64,000 bases of DNA from contig NC_068992.1 of assembly GCF_001194135.2 (NCBI RefSeq), forward strand, positions 60,768,358 to 60,832,357. Direction: 5' to 3'. Made by a program: the position numbers and the translations under genes. This document shows, piece by piece, positions 1 through 12,759 of the stretch. The DNA comes from Octopus bimaculoides (lineage: Eukaryota). Every line of letters begins with the position of its first letter. Position 1 is the first letter of the stretch. The notes beneath the pieces were generated by a model, which did not search any database, had not been told where the DNA came from, and saw only the letters and a list, made by a program, of their open reading frames with translations.

Positions 1-40
<40 letters not shown>

Positions 41-1000
41 GACGGGCTTCTTTCTTTGTCTATAGTTTAACCCAAAACTTAGCTAATATCATAACCTCCT
101 TAAATAATATTACTTGCACAAAATAAAGATATTTTACCTCTCAGTTTAATTAATTTACTTTTACAGTTTAGAAAGGCTCCTCATTAAATTTAATTATGCT
201 GATCGATTAGGTAATTACCGATAAATAAATTAAGGTTAACTGTTATCATTTTAAGTTCAATAACTCCCGGTATTTTTACTTTTTACTTTTTACTTTAAGA
301 CCTAACTAAAATACTCCTACAGCTATTATTATTTTAACTTATGCCGGCAGTAGCCTCTTCCACCCCAACCCCCGTAGATAGACATGTAACACTAAGTATT
401 ATAACTATTCTAATTGTATAACTAAATTTTTCAGTCGGTCGAAAGGTTTTAAGAGGGATAGCATGTAAGATCATTTGGTATATCCTTATTTTCTCATTTT
501 TCACTTTCTCTTTTCTTTTTCTTTATTTTTCCGCTCTGATGGAGTTCCATTATTTAACTTGGTATAATTATTTACAATGATAACGAATCCCCACAATAGT
601 ATTAATAGATGTTTACCCGTTTACCATAGATAACTATTACATTAATTAGTTCCTACCCCCATTGTTACAATTCAGCATTTAATTGACTTGAAACAGATAC
701 ACCTATTTCCCCTCCAGTCAGATAATTTACTTTTAGCACTTTTCCCCACATAAATAAACATTCTTCTTACATAACATAGATAACCACTTTATTTAACATG
801 GTATAATTATCTACAATGATAATGAATATTATTGTAATAATTAAGCCTCATTATGCCCAAAATAGCGCGAACAGAAACAGTTGTAAGATGAAATATTGCC
901 TTTTTATAATCAATAAATAATAATTGATGTTTATTAATTATCAATTTTATCTCCATTTTCTTATTTTTCCTTTTATACATATATATATATATATATATAT

Positions 1001-1527
1001 AAGATCTTCGAATACCACCTTGGTCACAGCCACCAGCTCATCGTTGATATTTCTGCACATCACACGTAGGCCGTAAGATTACCATCAGGAGGATTAGGAG
1101 GATTAGGAGGAAGAGGCTGGTGAACACGTAGGGATTCTCCGACAACCACTTCTGAATGTCGCTGCCACACATACGGCCTTCCAGCAACAACTGCCAGGGT
1201 TTCATCACAGACTCCAGCAGCTTCACATAACCGTCTGAATTGAACGTAAGGCCCTCTTCAAAGACGTGGAGACGACTTTCGGTGTGCAGACGCAGTCAGA
1301 ACTCCCACTGTCCCTGTCTTCTTGTAGTATCCGTTGCAGCTGTCTATATCACGTCTTACAGTCTTTACAATGTTCTCAGAGCATTGAGTAGAACTATTGA
1401 TATCAGCATGCTGATACTTGGCGCAAATCTTCAAAGTACAAGAAACTCTTTTCCAGTATTCAGATTGTTTCCAATCGTCAATGTCAGCTAACTTTTTCTC
1501 GGCAAATTTAACCTTTATACTCTCCAA
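1001..1527 (-). mobile_element. Degenerate, internally deleted Tc1/mariner (DD37D/maT-like) transposase relic
   Basis: Minus-strand translation gives an N-terminal HTH-like segment (SEYWKRVSCTLKIC...VKTVRRDIDSCNGYY, ORF 1258-1527). It is joined across frameshifts to catalytic-domain motifs PHVFEEGLTFNSDGYVKLLESVMKPW, GRPYVWQ, QKWLSENPYVFTS, PPNPPDGNL (cf. WPPNSPDxNPLD) and ELVAVTKVVFEDL. The 3' end is truncated by an (AT)n tract. Confidence 0.75.
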
Positions 1528-1869
1528 CGCCTCTGCCGGATCATCAATACATCAAGCTGTTCCTCAAAAAGAGTGACATAAAATATCAAATTTAGCACGA
1601 ACACCTCTATAACTTTTAAATGGTTTTGCTTCAATGCTAGATATTAATATATACATGTACAATTGATACCAGAATATATCTTACACTTAACTGAACTGAC
1701 TACGTCTTTTTTTCATTTAACTGACATTTGGAACGCGTATTACATTGTACACTTCTCTCTCTCCCTCCCTCGCTTGTCCCTCTATCTCCCTTACTCTCTC
1801 TTACTCTCCTTCATTTGTTTTCTCCCATTCTTTTACTTTCTCTCTCTCACACATACGGTCTTTGCTTCA

Positions 1870-1898
1870 CACACACACTCTCTCTCTCCCTCTTTCTT

Positions 1899-1970
<72 letters not shown>
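1870..1970. repeat. (CT)n microsatellite
   Basis: Long ctctct run; it explains the SLSLSL and ERERER ORFs. Confidence 0.95.
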
Positions 1971-1973
<3 letters not shown>

Positions 1974-2514
1974 TTCGCCGCAAGTCATGAGATCTAAGAT
2001 CATAGCATCGTTGCCATAAACATGTATTACCATGCTGACATAGTGAGTACATCTATATGCGTATATGCGCGTATGTGACCATCATGTTTATATATATAGA
2101 TATGTATGCATATATACATATCTATATCATATGAACGTATCACAATTTTCAATTTTCTGAAGCACTCATTTGAACAAACAGATCTTAAGAAAACGTTATT
2201 AGCGTCACAAATTATATTATTTTGAGAAAACTATTTTATAAATGCTGGCTTGATCAGTATAATTTTTGTTTTTGTGCTTTTCGGGGGGGGGGGTTTCTTT
2301 GATTTTTCTCATGAAATACTGACTTAACTATTATCGTTATTTAAAGGTCAAACAGAAATTTATAAAATATTCATAGCCAATCATAATTTTAATTATTGGA
2401 AAATGCAATAATAAAATAATAATTATTCGAAGCGCGAAATTAGCGAATAATTAAACAAAATCCTACTCGTTTCAGAAACATTGTAACTAATGGCTTTCAT
2501 TATTATTCGATTGT

Positions 2515-3200
2515 GGGGCGGCGAGCTGGCAGAATCATTTGCATGCCGGGCATAATGCTTAGCGGCATTTCGTCCCTCGTTACGTTCTGAGTTCAAGTTC
2601 CGCCGAGGTTGACTTTATCTTTCATCCTTTCGCGCTCGATAAAATAAGTACCAGTTGAACACTGGGGGTCCTTGTAATTAACTTATCCCTTCCCCGAACT
2701 TGCTGGCATGGTGCCAAAATTTGAAATTATTATTACAAGACTATAATATTGCAGCTTGGTGGTAGTATTGTAAGAGTGTCAGACAAAAATGCTTAGCGTC
2801 GTTTCTTTCTGTTCTTCACGTTCTCAAGTCAAATTCTGATGAGGTCGACTTTGCCATTCATTCTATCTGGGTCGATAAAATAAGTACTAGAGAAGTACTA
2901 GGATTGATGTAATCGATCTGCTCCTGCCGTCATAATTTCTGGCCCTGTGCCAAAATTAGGAAGGATTATTACTGGAATATCAGTGTAATTAATTAACGAA
3001 ATCGTTAGAGCGTCAGACAAGATGCTTCCCGGTAATTTGTTTCTGCTTTTCACGTTCTGGGTTCAAGTATTCCCGATGTCAGCTTTGCCTTTCAATCCTT
3101 CTAAGGTCGATGAAATAATTACTAGACAAGTCCTACGGAAAATATTGTTGATTAACTCTCTCTCCTAAATTTCAGGCTTTGTCTATATGTTATAAAGCAA
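2515..3200 (+). mobile_element. Three head-to-tail copies of tRNA-derived SINE family A
   Basis: Repeated consensus ggcgagctggcagaatcgttagc...gttctgagttcaaattccgccgaggtcgactttgcctttcatcc...gtcgataaaataagtaccag...gtgccaaaatttgaaattatt, with A/B-box-like motifs and ATT tails. Confidence 0.9.
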
Positions 3201-3281
3201 TCACAGACAAAATGCGGTCCGCAGGAGTTTCCCGAATGACACACCGAACCAAAAATGTTCTTGAATTCTCTGTTTTCGCAG

Positions 3282-3410
3282 GACGGTCTGCCTGATGATC
3301 AGCCGAGTCTCATGCAACCCATTTCTCGGAAAGAGATGCCCATGCCTATAATGGATTATTCGAAGAATTTCGATCTCTTGAAATGGAAAAACAATGTGAT
3401 TGTCAACAAG
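3282..3410 (+). CDS. Candidate internal exon of an unidentified host gene (DGLPDDQPSLMQPISRKEMPMPIMDYSKNFDLLKWKNNVIVNK)
   Basis: Acceptor ttctctgttttcgcag ends at 3281. The segment is 129 nt with only frame 0 open and a weak donor AAG|gttttg. It is unique sequence between SINEs; no homology recognised. Confidence 0.25.
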
Positions 3411-3497
3411 GTTTTGTTTTCTTTTGTTTAGTTTTGTTTTGTTTTTTCTTATGATAAAATATGAAACCAACCCTCTGAGTAATTAAGTCGGTGATCT

Positions 3498-3898
3498 GGC
3501 ACAAGGCTCGAAATTTTGGGGAGGAGGCCAGTCGATTAAATCGACCCCAGTACGCAACTGGTACTTAATTTATCGACCCCGAAAGGCAAAGTCGACCTCG
3601 GCGGAATTTGAACTCAGAACATTAAGACAGACGAGACACCGATAAGCATTTCGCCCTGCATGCTAACGTTTCTTATTTCTTTACTGCCCATAAGGGGCTA
3701 CACACAGAGGGGACAAACAAGGAAAGACAAACCGATTAAGCCTATTATATCGACCCCAGTGCGTAACTGGTACTTATTTAATTGACCCCGAAAGGCAAAG
3801 TCGACCTCGGCGAAATTTGAACTCAGAACGTAGCGGCAGACGAAATACCGCTAAGCATTTCTCCCGGCGCGCTAACGTTTCTGCCAGCTCGCTGCCTT
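3498..3898 (-). mobile_element. Two SINE family A copies, minus strand
   Basis: Reverse complement of the family A consensus (gtcgacctcggcggaatttgaactcagaac...ctgccagctcgc). Confidence 0.9.
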
Positions 3899-3909
3899 AC
3901 ACTGGGTAA

Positions 3910-4590
3910 AACATTAAGCGACATTTCATCTGTCTTTATGTTCTGAGTTAAAATTCCTGTGCGCCTTTCACTCTTTCAGTGTTCATAAAATAAATACCAG
4001 TTGATCACTGAGGTCGATGTATTCGATTCATTCATCCTCCCCACCCCCGAATTAGCTGGCCTTGTGCCAAAGTTTGAAATCAGTATTCTGAGTAATTCTG
4101 GAAGTATTGTAGATGTTGTAGTTATTGTTGCTGTTGTTTTTTTTTTAATCTAGTCATGCCGGATCGTGTACATCTATGATCAAAATCATTCCAGCCATAA
4201 CCATGCCATCTTTTCAGATACATTATATTTGTAACTGTATAAACCAATATGTATGTCCTTTTATTTAAGATGGTAAAGTTGCGATTTGAATGACATTCAG
4301 CTTTTATTTCTACTAGGTTGAAGCCACCTCATTCGCTCCTTATAAGTACGTTTTATTTTCTCTCCCTGTACAATAATGATTTTGTTAAGTTAGCCTTTTA
4401 TACAGGTGATCAAGGCAGTGAGCCGGTAGAATCGTTAGCATGCCAGGCTTCATGTTCCACCGAGGCCGACTTGGCCTTTCATCCTTTTGGCGTCGATAAA
4501 ATAAGTACCGGTTGAGCACTGTGGTCGATATAACCGATTTACCTACTCCCCCAAAGTTGCTGGCATTGTGCCAAACATTGAAACCATTAT
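3910..4590 (+). mobile_element. SINE family A copies (about 3910-4085 and 4410-4590) flanking a dispersed repeat fragment
   Basis: Family A consensus matches. The intervening ctatgatcaaaatcattccagccataaccatgccatc motif recurs in reverse near 15200, 37370 and 57280. Confidence 0.8.
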
Positions 4591-7140
4591 TTGACAATAA
4601 CTACTGGTTAATGGAATAGCAGTATTACTACTGCTAGTTTCAGCGCCGGTTGCTTGTCAGTTCCAGAATTCTCAGTCAATAACCCTCAACTCTGCAAATT
4701 ATGTAAAAAGCAAGAGTAAAAACAAATAATCATTTCTTGGCTTTGAGAATATATGTATTGCACATTCGAAGAATTGTCTGCTTAGCGTAAAATAAGATGA
4801 AACAACACTACGATTAACAAACTTACATTATTAATTTGTGACATCTTTATTACATTGATTGCGACTGTATTCTCATCAGCAATAAAGTTAAACTGTCCTT
4901 GCCTCATAGGTTTCACTGTCTACATGTCACAGATAATTTAGAGAAAAAATGTTTCTTTGCTTCAGCTGTAAATACAATTTACAGAAAGTTCTGATTAAAT
5001 TAATAGCAGCTAATGTAATGTTGATTCTTCAGTGGAGATTTGACATAGCTAGAAGTTAACAATAATTTATTTTATAGTCATGCACGTAAAAAAATTGAAT
5101 TGTCAATTTGGGAAAGAGCAATATGTAATTTTAAGTTACAATAATTTATACAAAATACATGAAAGAGTTTAAAATTTCAACAACAAAAAAATAAATTGAA
5201 AGAATCAAATGTAATGAGCATTTGTTAAACATACATACCTGTCAAATTATAATACAAATATGATTTGAAGCAGGCGAGAAACAGTATTAAAATACTTTGC
5301 TCATCAAATAACAAGTGCAGAAATTATATTGAGGAAAACAAATTGAGTTTATGCTGTTGGCAGAATGAAAATGAAGTCGTGTCAAATTGGATCGGGCGCT
5401 CAAAGATAGTAGGAGTGAGTCTCTGTTAAGGAAGGGCTGTATGACGGTCCTTAGTGCGCAGCCTGAGAAGAGGCGCAATGTCAATGACGAGATAGAAAGA
5501 TGAGCATAATGTCTTTTTCAGTGAAGGTTGTATGAAACAAACCAGTTTATAAGATGACAGGAACAAAAATAGAATCAAGAGACAGTGCGTTTGTGGTACA
5601 GACGTGGTATCGTATTGGTGAGGTAGACTTTGCTAATTTGTTTTGAGACCTTCCTTTAGATAGGGTGCGCTGTAAAATATATGTTGTATGCATGTGTGTG
5701 TGTGTATGTGTGTGTGTGCGTAGAGGGGACAACATCACTGTCTGAAATATTGGACCACTACTTCATTGTAGGTTTCAGTTATGGAGGGGCAGACCCTGAT
5801 GAAAAGTGAATTGTTGTCAGTCAGGCTGAAGAGATAGCTTAGTCTTTTGATTTGCATTTTTAGCTGTTACATAAGTGTGCCTGCTAGGAAAGATGATCAG
5901 AGATAGTGAAGCGTAACAGTAATAAATACTTTGTGGATTTTATTTGCATATTTATTCAGAAGTAAAAAGTAATAAGTCACGAGTTATGAACAGTAATCTC
6001 TATGTAGTGTTGAAAGAAACCAATTTGTACGATACTTATGAATTTGCAATCTTAAGCCGGAAATGCAATTTCTTCAACAACAACAATAATAATAATAATT
6101 CAAAACATGAAGTATCGACAATGTTTCGTTACATCTCTTTTATCTACCGAGGTAGAATATATAAAGAGTATCAACCAACTCACCAATTGTTAAGATATTA
6201 TTTTATACGAGCAACATAAGATAACGAGCAACAGAGAAACTCACTGGGTATGGCTGGCGTACTAATACCTTTTCTTTACTATGTTCAATCAGTTAGTTAG
6301 TCAGCCATTTTCAGATGATATGTTCCATGCAGTTATTGAAAGTTATCCATTTCATTTACTGTTTGGTTTTTAAATCAACTTTTATTGTAAGGCTTTACCT
6401 CAACAAAGGAAACGCTTTTGTAGAGAATTACATTATACTTTCTACGTGCCAGCAAAACTTCATTCATTCGTTACTTATTTATTCAGATACTTGTCTGTTT
6501 TATGTGGTAACCACTATGCTGCAAACAAGTAATATTCCCTGGTCATTGTGACATGAATAACTAGTCGTGCTGTTATGTTATCTCGTGTGATTTTACATCG
6601 AGACGATACATCAAACTCAGTCCATATATTAAAGTGGCTAACGTTCAGATTACAAAGACCAGCATTAGAAGAGATATTTCATCATATACATACAATGTAT
6701 GCCTATCACTATATAATGTTGTGAAAGCATAGGGATAATCATATAGTGTAGCAACACCAGGCACGACCATTCATATTTAGATGCTTATCAAAGGAGATAA
6801 ATATGACCGTTAAATATATTTGTTAACATAAGAAAGGAAGTACCCATTTTTGCTTCTTCTTTTTTTTTTCGCCACAAGTAGTTTGCAATAACTGTGGCTA
6901 ATAAAAAAGCAATTTTTTTTCTCATAAGAAAACTCGTGTCCCAATAACATTAGTAATAACCAGAGTTGTTGTATCGATCATTTCTACGCCAAGCGCATCT
7001 CTATTATTACGGACGTGAGCTGGCTTTAGCTCTATATTGAAACAACAGTGTTTAGTAATGCAAAAGCTTACTCTTGCCATACCATGGGCGTAACGAGTGA
7101 TGAAACATTATTATTATTATTAATATTGTCATTATTATTA

Positions 7141-7334
7141 CCTGGCGAGCTGGCAGAATCGTTAGACGCTGGGCAAAATGCTTCCCAGCATTTTGTACGT
7201 TTGTTCGTTTTTACGTTCTGAGTTCAAATTCCGATGAGGTCGACTATGGGAGCCGATGTAATCGACTTACCTCCTACCCTAAATTTTTGGCCCTGTGCCA
7301 ATATTTGAAATTATTATTATTATTATTATTATTA

Positions 7335-7386
<52 letters not shown>

Positions 7387-8190
7387 CATCATCAGGTGGT
7401 GAGCTGGCAGAACTGTTAGCACACCGAACGAAATGCTTAGTGACATATCGTCCGTCTATACACTTTGAGTTCAAATTCCGCCGGATCCGGCTTTGCCCTT
7501 CTTCCTCTCTTGATCGATAAGTAGCAGTCAAGCACTGGGGTCAAGGTAATCGATTCTCCACCTCTAAAAACGTCCTGGCCCTGTGCAAAAATCTGAAACT
7601 ATTTAAGGAAGTGATGTGGCGGAATCGTCAGCAGGCCGAACAAAAAGCTTAGTGAATTTTCGTCCGTTGTCTTTACGTTCTGTGTTAAAATTCCGCTTTG
7701 CTTTTATCCTCTCGGGGTCGAAGAAATAAATACCAGTCGAGCACTGGGGTCGATGTAACCGACTTGCGCCTTCCAACAAATTTCAAGCCGAGTGCCTATA
7801 ACAGGAAGGATTATTAAGGCAGCGAGCTGGCGGCATCGTTAGCGCGTCAGAAAAAAATGCTTAGTAGTATTTCTTCTGACTCTTTACGTTCTGGATTCAG
7901 ATGCCACCTAGGTCAACTTTGCTTTTCATCTTTGGGGTCGATAAAATCATATAAAGTATTGTTGGGGTCGACGTAATTGATTAGCCCCATCCCTCCAAAC
8001 TTTCTGGCCCTGTATCAACGATCTAGCGAGCTGGCAGAATCCCTAGAGGCATAGGAAAAAATGTTTAGTTGTATTTGTTCCGTCTGTTGACGTTCTGAGT
8101 TTAACTTTCACCGGACTCAACTTATCCTCTCGTCCTTCTGGTGTCAATAAAATAAAACACCAGTTAATTTGACTAATCTTCTCCCCGCAA
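7141..8190 (+). mobile_element. Array of five co-oriented SINE family A copies with (ATT)n tails
   Basis: Copies start near 7141, 7395, 7610, 7815 and 8025; there is a long (ATT)n tract at about 7310-7390. Confidence 0.9.
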
Positions 8191-8520
8191 AATTGCTGCT
8201 TGCTGTTGTTCCTAAATAAGATGTTATTACTGTTGACGATCATTTAAAACACAATGGACGATTTTACAAACCAATGTTGTTGCTCTTCTACCATATATTC
8301 GTGCTTAGCTCCAGGTCAACTTTATCAAGAAGACGGAAGATGGAAGGCCTTTCACCTGCGAACAAATTTGATGGATAGATTCATGGTATTAAGAAGCTGT
8401 TACCGTGTAGTTCGATAAAGATGTGACTGCAATTTATAGTGTTTATAGCGCTGAAGCGTTTTCTTCCACCCTAAAACTTATCCGTTTCTCTGTGTGTGTG
8501 TGTGTGTCTATTTGTTTGTT

Positions 8521-8690
8521 GTGAAGGCACGTGGATTAATAGTTAGGATATTTGGCTCACGATCGTAAGTTCGTGATTTCAATACCCAGCGGCATAGTGT
8601 GTCCTTGAGCAAGACAATTTATTTCCCGTTACTCCACTCCACTCAGTTGATAAAAATGAGCCGTACCTGTAATTCAAGAGGCATCTCCAG
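8521..8690 (+). mobile_element. Diverged SINE family C copy
   Basis: gtgaaggcacgtgg...ccttgagcaagacaattt...ccactcagttg matches the better copies at 27003 and 29678. Confidence 0.75.
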
Positions 8691-8734
8691 GCTGATAAAG
8701 CTATAAATAATGTGTTAATATAATTTTCTACTCT

Positions 8735-8787
8735 AAGCACAATACCGGAAATTTCCGGGGAGGAGGCCAGTCGATTAGACTATGTAC

Positions 8788-8833
<46 letters not shown>

Positions 8834-9011
8834 GACTGGTACTTAATTTACGACTGGTCTCACAAACGAGAATACGCAACTGGTACTTAGCTTATCGACC
8901 CCGAAAGGAAAAGTCGACCTCGGCGGAATTTGAACTCAGAACGTAAAGACAGACGAAATGCCGTTAAGCATCTCGCCCGGCGTCCTAATGTTTCTGCCAG
9001 CTCGCCGCCTT
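8735..9011 (-). mobile_element. SINE family A copy interrupted by (AT)n
   Basis: Reverse-complement consensus ending ctgccagctcgccgcctt, with an (AT)n tract inside the 3' part. Confidence 0.85.
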
Positions 9012-10928
9012 AATAACGTGTAAATTTTTACTAAAGAACCTTTTCGGGGTTCTTTTTATAACGTCAACAAAATTATACGTATGTATGAATCTAGGATGTC
9101 AACAACACTATACGTATATAATTTTATATTATCTATTTAGTTATTGTATATCGCAGTTCATGAGCAACCACGTCGATGGTTACTTATGTTCAAGAATCCA
9201 GACAACTGTATGGAACCTAGAACCATTTAAACCACAGGACCATTTTTGCGTACATCGTGTAGACTACACTCCATCAGCAGAACATCTACCCCTTAAAATT
9301 CAGAAATTTAGTGTCGAAAGAAGTTACAAACGCACCCAAGGTACCAGTCAGTGGTGCTAAAATAGGTCTATCAGACAAGGAAGCTATTACAAGATTTGAA
9401 TTCAGAACGCAGAGTCGGAATTGTCCTAATCTGATAATTATAAACTAATACGCTCGGAAATTTCAGCTGCAATCTCATGCTTGAAGAAACCTGGGAAACA
9501 CCAGTATCTGTCGATTAAGTAGACTTTAGTACATACTTTCATTTATTTTATCGACCTCTTGCGAGGTCGATAAAAGATAGTGTTGACATGGGTGGGATTT
9601 GATCACAGAACTTAAAGGGGTGGGACAAAGACAGTAAAATATTTTATCCGACGCTCTAATGATTTTACCAATCTCCTAGCTTGCTGTAACATGAAATACT
9701 TAAGGTAAAATAGTTAATAGCGCTGGAGATTATTGACTAATCCATCGTCTTGTTCGATGTGAATATTGATTTGTATGATTGCTATCTCTATATGTTCCAA
9801 CACTGCTGTTGCCATAGTAATCTACTCTGCTTTAGCTCAAGTTAAGAGATTTCTATTTACTGCTCAAAATGACACACTGATTGTATATGCAAAGAGCCTT
9901 GTTTGTTGTCGCAGCAAGCACAACCTTTACAATTACTGTTATTACATTACTAAACCATGCGCACTTACAGATATCTGCAATAAGTTATCCTCCTCTCTCT
10001 TTCGTGAATCAATGACGGAGCTCTTCATTTGGTGCATCGACCAGCATGAAATAGCAGCTAAACATCTTACCTTCTTAAAAAAGAAGTATACATATAATAA
10101 TGTAGAATTAGATAGGACTGGAAAGACTGTAATCAATTACTGCTCTATCAGTGATTACCTGGGTTTAAACAATACAGACAACACTATCCCTTTCTCTCCG
10201 TCTCAGCCTAAACATGAAACACAGTACGCTTTAATAAATTAGTAAAGTCAATAATTTCATTAGTTTTAAATATTGTGTTGTGATTCTAATCAGCAGACTT
10301 GAATCTGTGTCAGTTCACAGTATACACACAAACCTTTATGTTGGCACATTGCAATTAAAATAGGTCAGCCGCACAGGTTACGTTTACTGCTAATGTATGT
10401 CAAAATATCTGCCTCGATGTATCTCTAAGATATTTGGCTTGAAGTATGTTTAAGATACATGGCATTCAGTGGGTTAAACAGTAATGTAGTCAAAACGCAT
10501 TTCACATCGCGGACTAACTCAGAGGTTGATTTAAATTCCATATCAAAAAATGCTCTGAAGTTACACCAGCAGAAGACATTCTTTGAAAGCCTTTGTGTAT
10601 ATAATGTGAACAGCATCAATTAGGTGCTTCAACATTGAAATTAGTGCCTGTGGATCCGTTTTCCTTACCCTTAAAGCGTTGGGATTCGTACTTACATAGC
10701 ATGGACTGCTGAGCACATCTTATGAAAATGAGACCACCATGCAAAACATAAAACAAAAACAGAAAAAAAATAGTTAAAATATCTTCTTAGTATATAATGA
10801 TGGCAAGTTTTACATCATCTGAAAAGTCATTAATTGAACTATTAGTCCTCTTGCAATCTAGCGGGTATCGGAGCGTTTGAGTGACGTTAGACCCCAACAA
10901 ACTCCCATAAATTAAATGCATTTATCTG

Positions 10929-10998
10929 GGCTACGATCGTGGCCTGTCGACCTGTGCCTGACGGCCACGATCGTGGCCTGTCGCGCTTTATGTGTTAA
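10929..10998 (-). mobile_element. piggyBac-like terminal fragment (solo end)
   Basis: Minus strand reads TTAA-CACATAAAGCG, followed by two 21-bp direct repeats 34 bp apart that contain the palindrome GGCCACGATCGTGGCC. No partner end was found. Confidence 0.4.
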
Positions 10999-11523
10999 CA
11001 TCACACAAAATAGATTATCTGCATAATTTTCAAGCAGCGTTTTAAATGCCTCCAATCAACCGACTGTATTCCTCTATAGTTCTATCACGTCAATATATCT
11101 TCCGTATTGAAAACTAACGGAAATTAACTGCAACTTACAACTGTTAAAAACATTCAGTAAATCTCTTCTCTTCTTGTCTTCTTTTAATTATTGTTGAAGG
11201 ATTTCTTCACTTTTCTTATACGATCACCATTTTCTTTAAAACAGAACGGTTTACCTTATAAGCTTCTTACCTGAATTTCATACTTTTTCTCTATCAATTT
11301 ATTATTTCAGAATAAATGAAATTACTTCCTTGTTCATAAAGGTACAACTGTAAAAAGAAAGTCATATTTATAGCATAATGCAAATGCCTGAGGATAGAGA
11401 GCATGCAGTGTCAATAACTCATTTAGTTATTTAATCTTGTAACCCTTGTTTGTAAACACGTTCTTAATTTGTTTTCAGTATATTAATCAACAGATAGCTG
11501 TTAGTAATTACCATTTCTTAGAC

Positions 11524-11886
11524 TTATTACCTCCGCCTTAGCGAAAGCATTGTTTACAGTCGTGTTTATTTGTTTGTCCGTTAACAAGATATCTCAAGAA
11601 CCATTGGATGGATTTGAATGAACCTTTCAAGGATGCTTGGCCTCGTGACTGGCACGAACTGATTAGATTTTCGAATCGATCTGGTACGGGACAGGGATTC
11701 TGGATTATTTTACCGGGTTTTTTATTCAATCTTTGAAAGCGGTCCGGTTCATTTTTAGTATTCTCGTTTGTGAGACCAGTCGAGTTTATTTCAGATATTT
11801 TCATTTTAGAAATCATCTCCGGTTAATCGTTGAGAGGACGTTGGTGTTGCTTAGACAGAGGTTTGTGCTCTCTGAGTGCTCCTGTT
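11524..11886 (+). mobile_element. Non-autonomous Helentron/HINE-like rolling-circle element
   Basis: 5' TTATTACCTCCGCCTTAGC followed by a gtttatttgtttgtccg tract. An imperfect subterminal inverted repeat GCTTAGACAGAGG lies at 11849-11861 (10/13 match), followed by a short 3' hairpin-like gtgctctctgagtgc and the terminus ctgtt. Confidence 0.6.
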
Positions 11887-12389
11887 AAGCAATAGAATAA
11901 TCAAATAGTACTTGAATGTAATAAACAACTATAAAGTAAACTGGGATAATTGTGTGTCATCTAAATACTATTGGAGTCATTCATAATTGGCTTATAACAT
12001 TGTTAGTGTATAATTAGAATAAGAAATTTAATTGTAATATAATAAAATATTGAATGTATTCAGCACGAATGTTCGATTAAAGCTGGTGACAATATTATTT
12101 GTTTAGTTCCGTTTATAACCTCTTAAAATTATGTTTACGGTTCAGGCATAAAAAAATAATTTAAACTGACAACGTTCATATCAATATCTAATGTAATATT
12201 TGCAGAAAATCAATAACGTTTAGACTACTTTATTTCAAAATAATATCATTAATTTTACCAATGAACTGTATTTCCATTGTTGTATTTCTTCAACTGACCT
12301 TTTGACGGATCTTGCAATTTTTTTCTTCTTGAGTATTTCTTGTCGCGAGTCAAAAGTATACACCAGAAGTTATACTTATTGTAAAATAA

Positions 12390-12570
12390 GGTAGCGATCT
12401 GACAGATAGGTTAGCAGGTCGAACAAAACGCTTAGCGGTATTTCTTTACACTCTTAGTTCAAATCCCACCAAGGTCAGTTTCATGGTCGATAAGATAAAG
12501 TACCAGTCAAGCAATGTGGTCGATGTAATCGACTTGTCCTCCTCCTCCAAAATTGCTGATCTTGAACTCT
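12390..12570 (+). mobile_element. SINE family A copy
   Basis: Matches the family A consensus (gttagcaggtcgaacaaaacgcttagcggtatttc...). Confidence 0.8.
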
Positions 12571-12759
12571 GCAACAGACCGGTACTCGATTCAGAGCGGA
12601 TGTTTTGGTGTCAGTTACTGAGAAGTCATGGGAACCAGGTAACCCGCTTTATGCCTCTAAAGGTTCAAGAAAAATTTCAAGAAGTTGCTGCTGTCTTCGG
12701 TGATTTTTTATAGTGTGTAGGCACAACTTCAGTTTCGCAGAGCCAGATAAAGGAAAACT

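Noticed and set aside
9766-10242. Longest gap-free ORF (158 aa)
   Set aside because: TTG start, no recognisable domain and AT-rich composition. Nearby splice-like motifs point to the opposite strand and do not assemble into a convincing exon.
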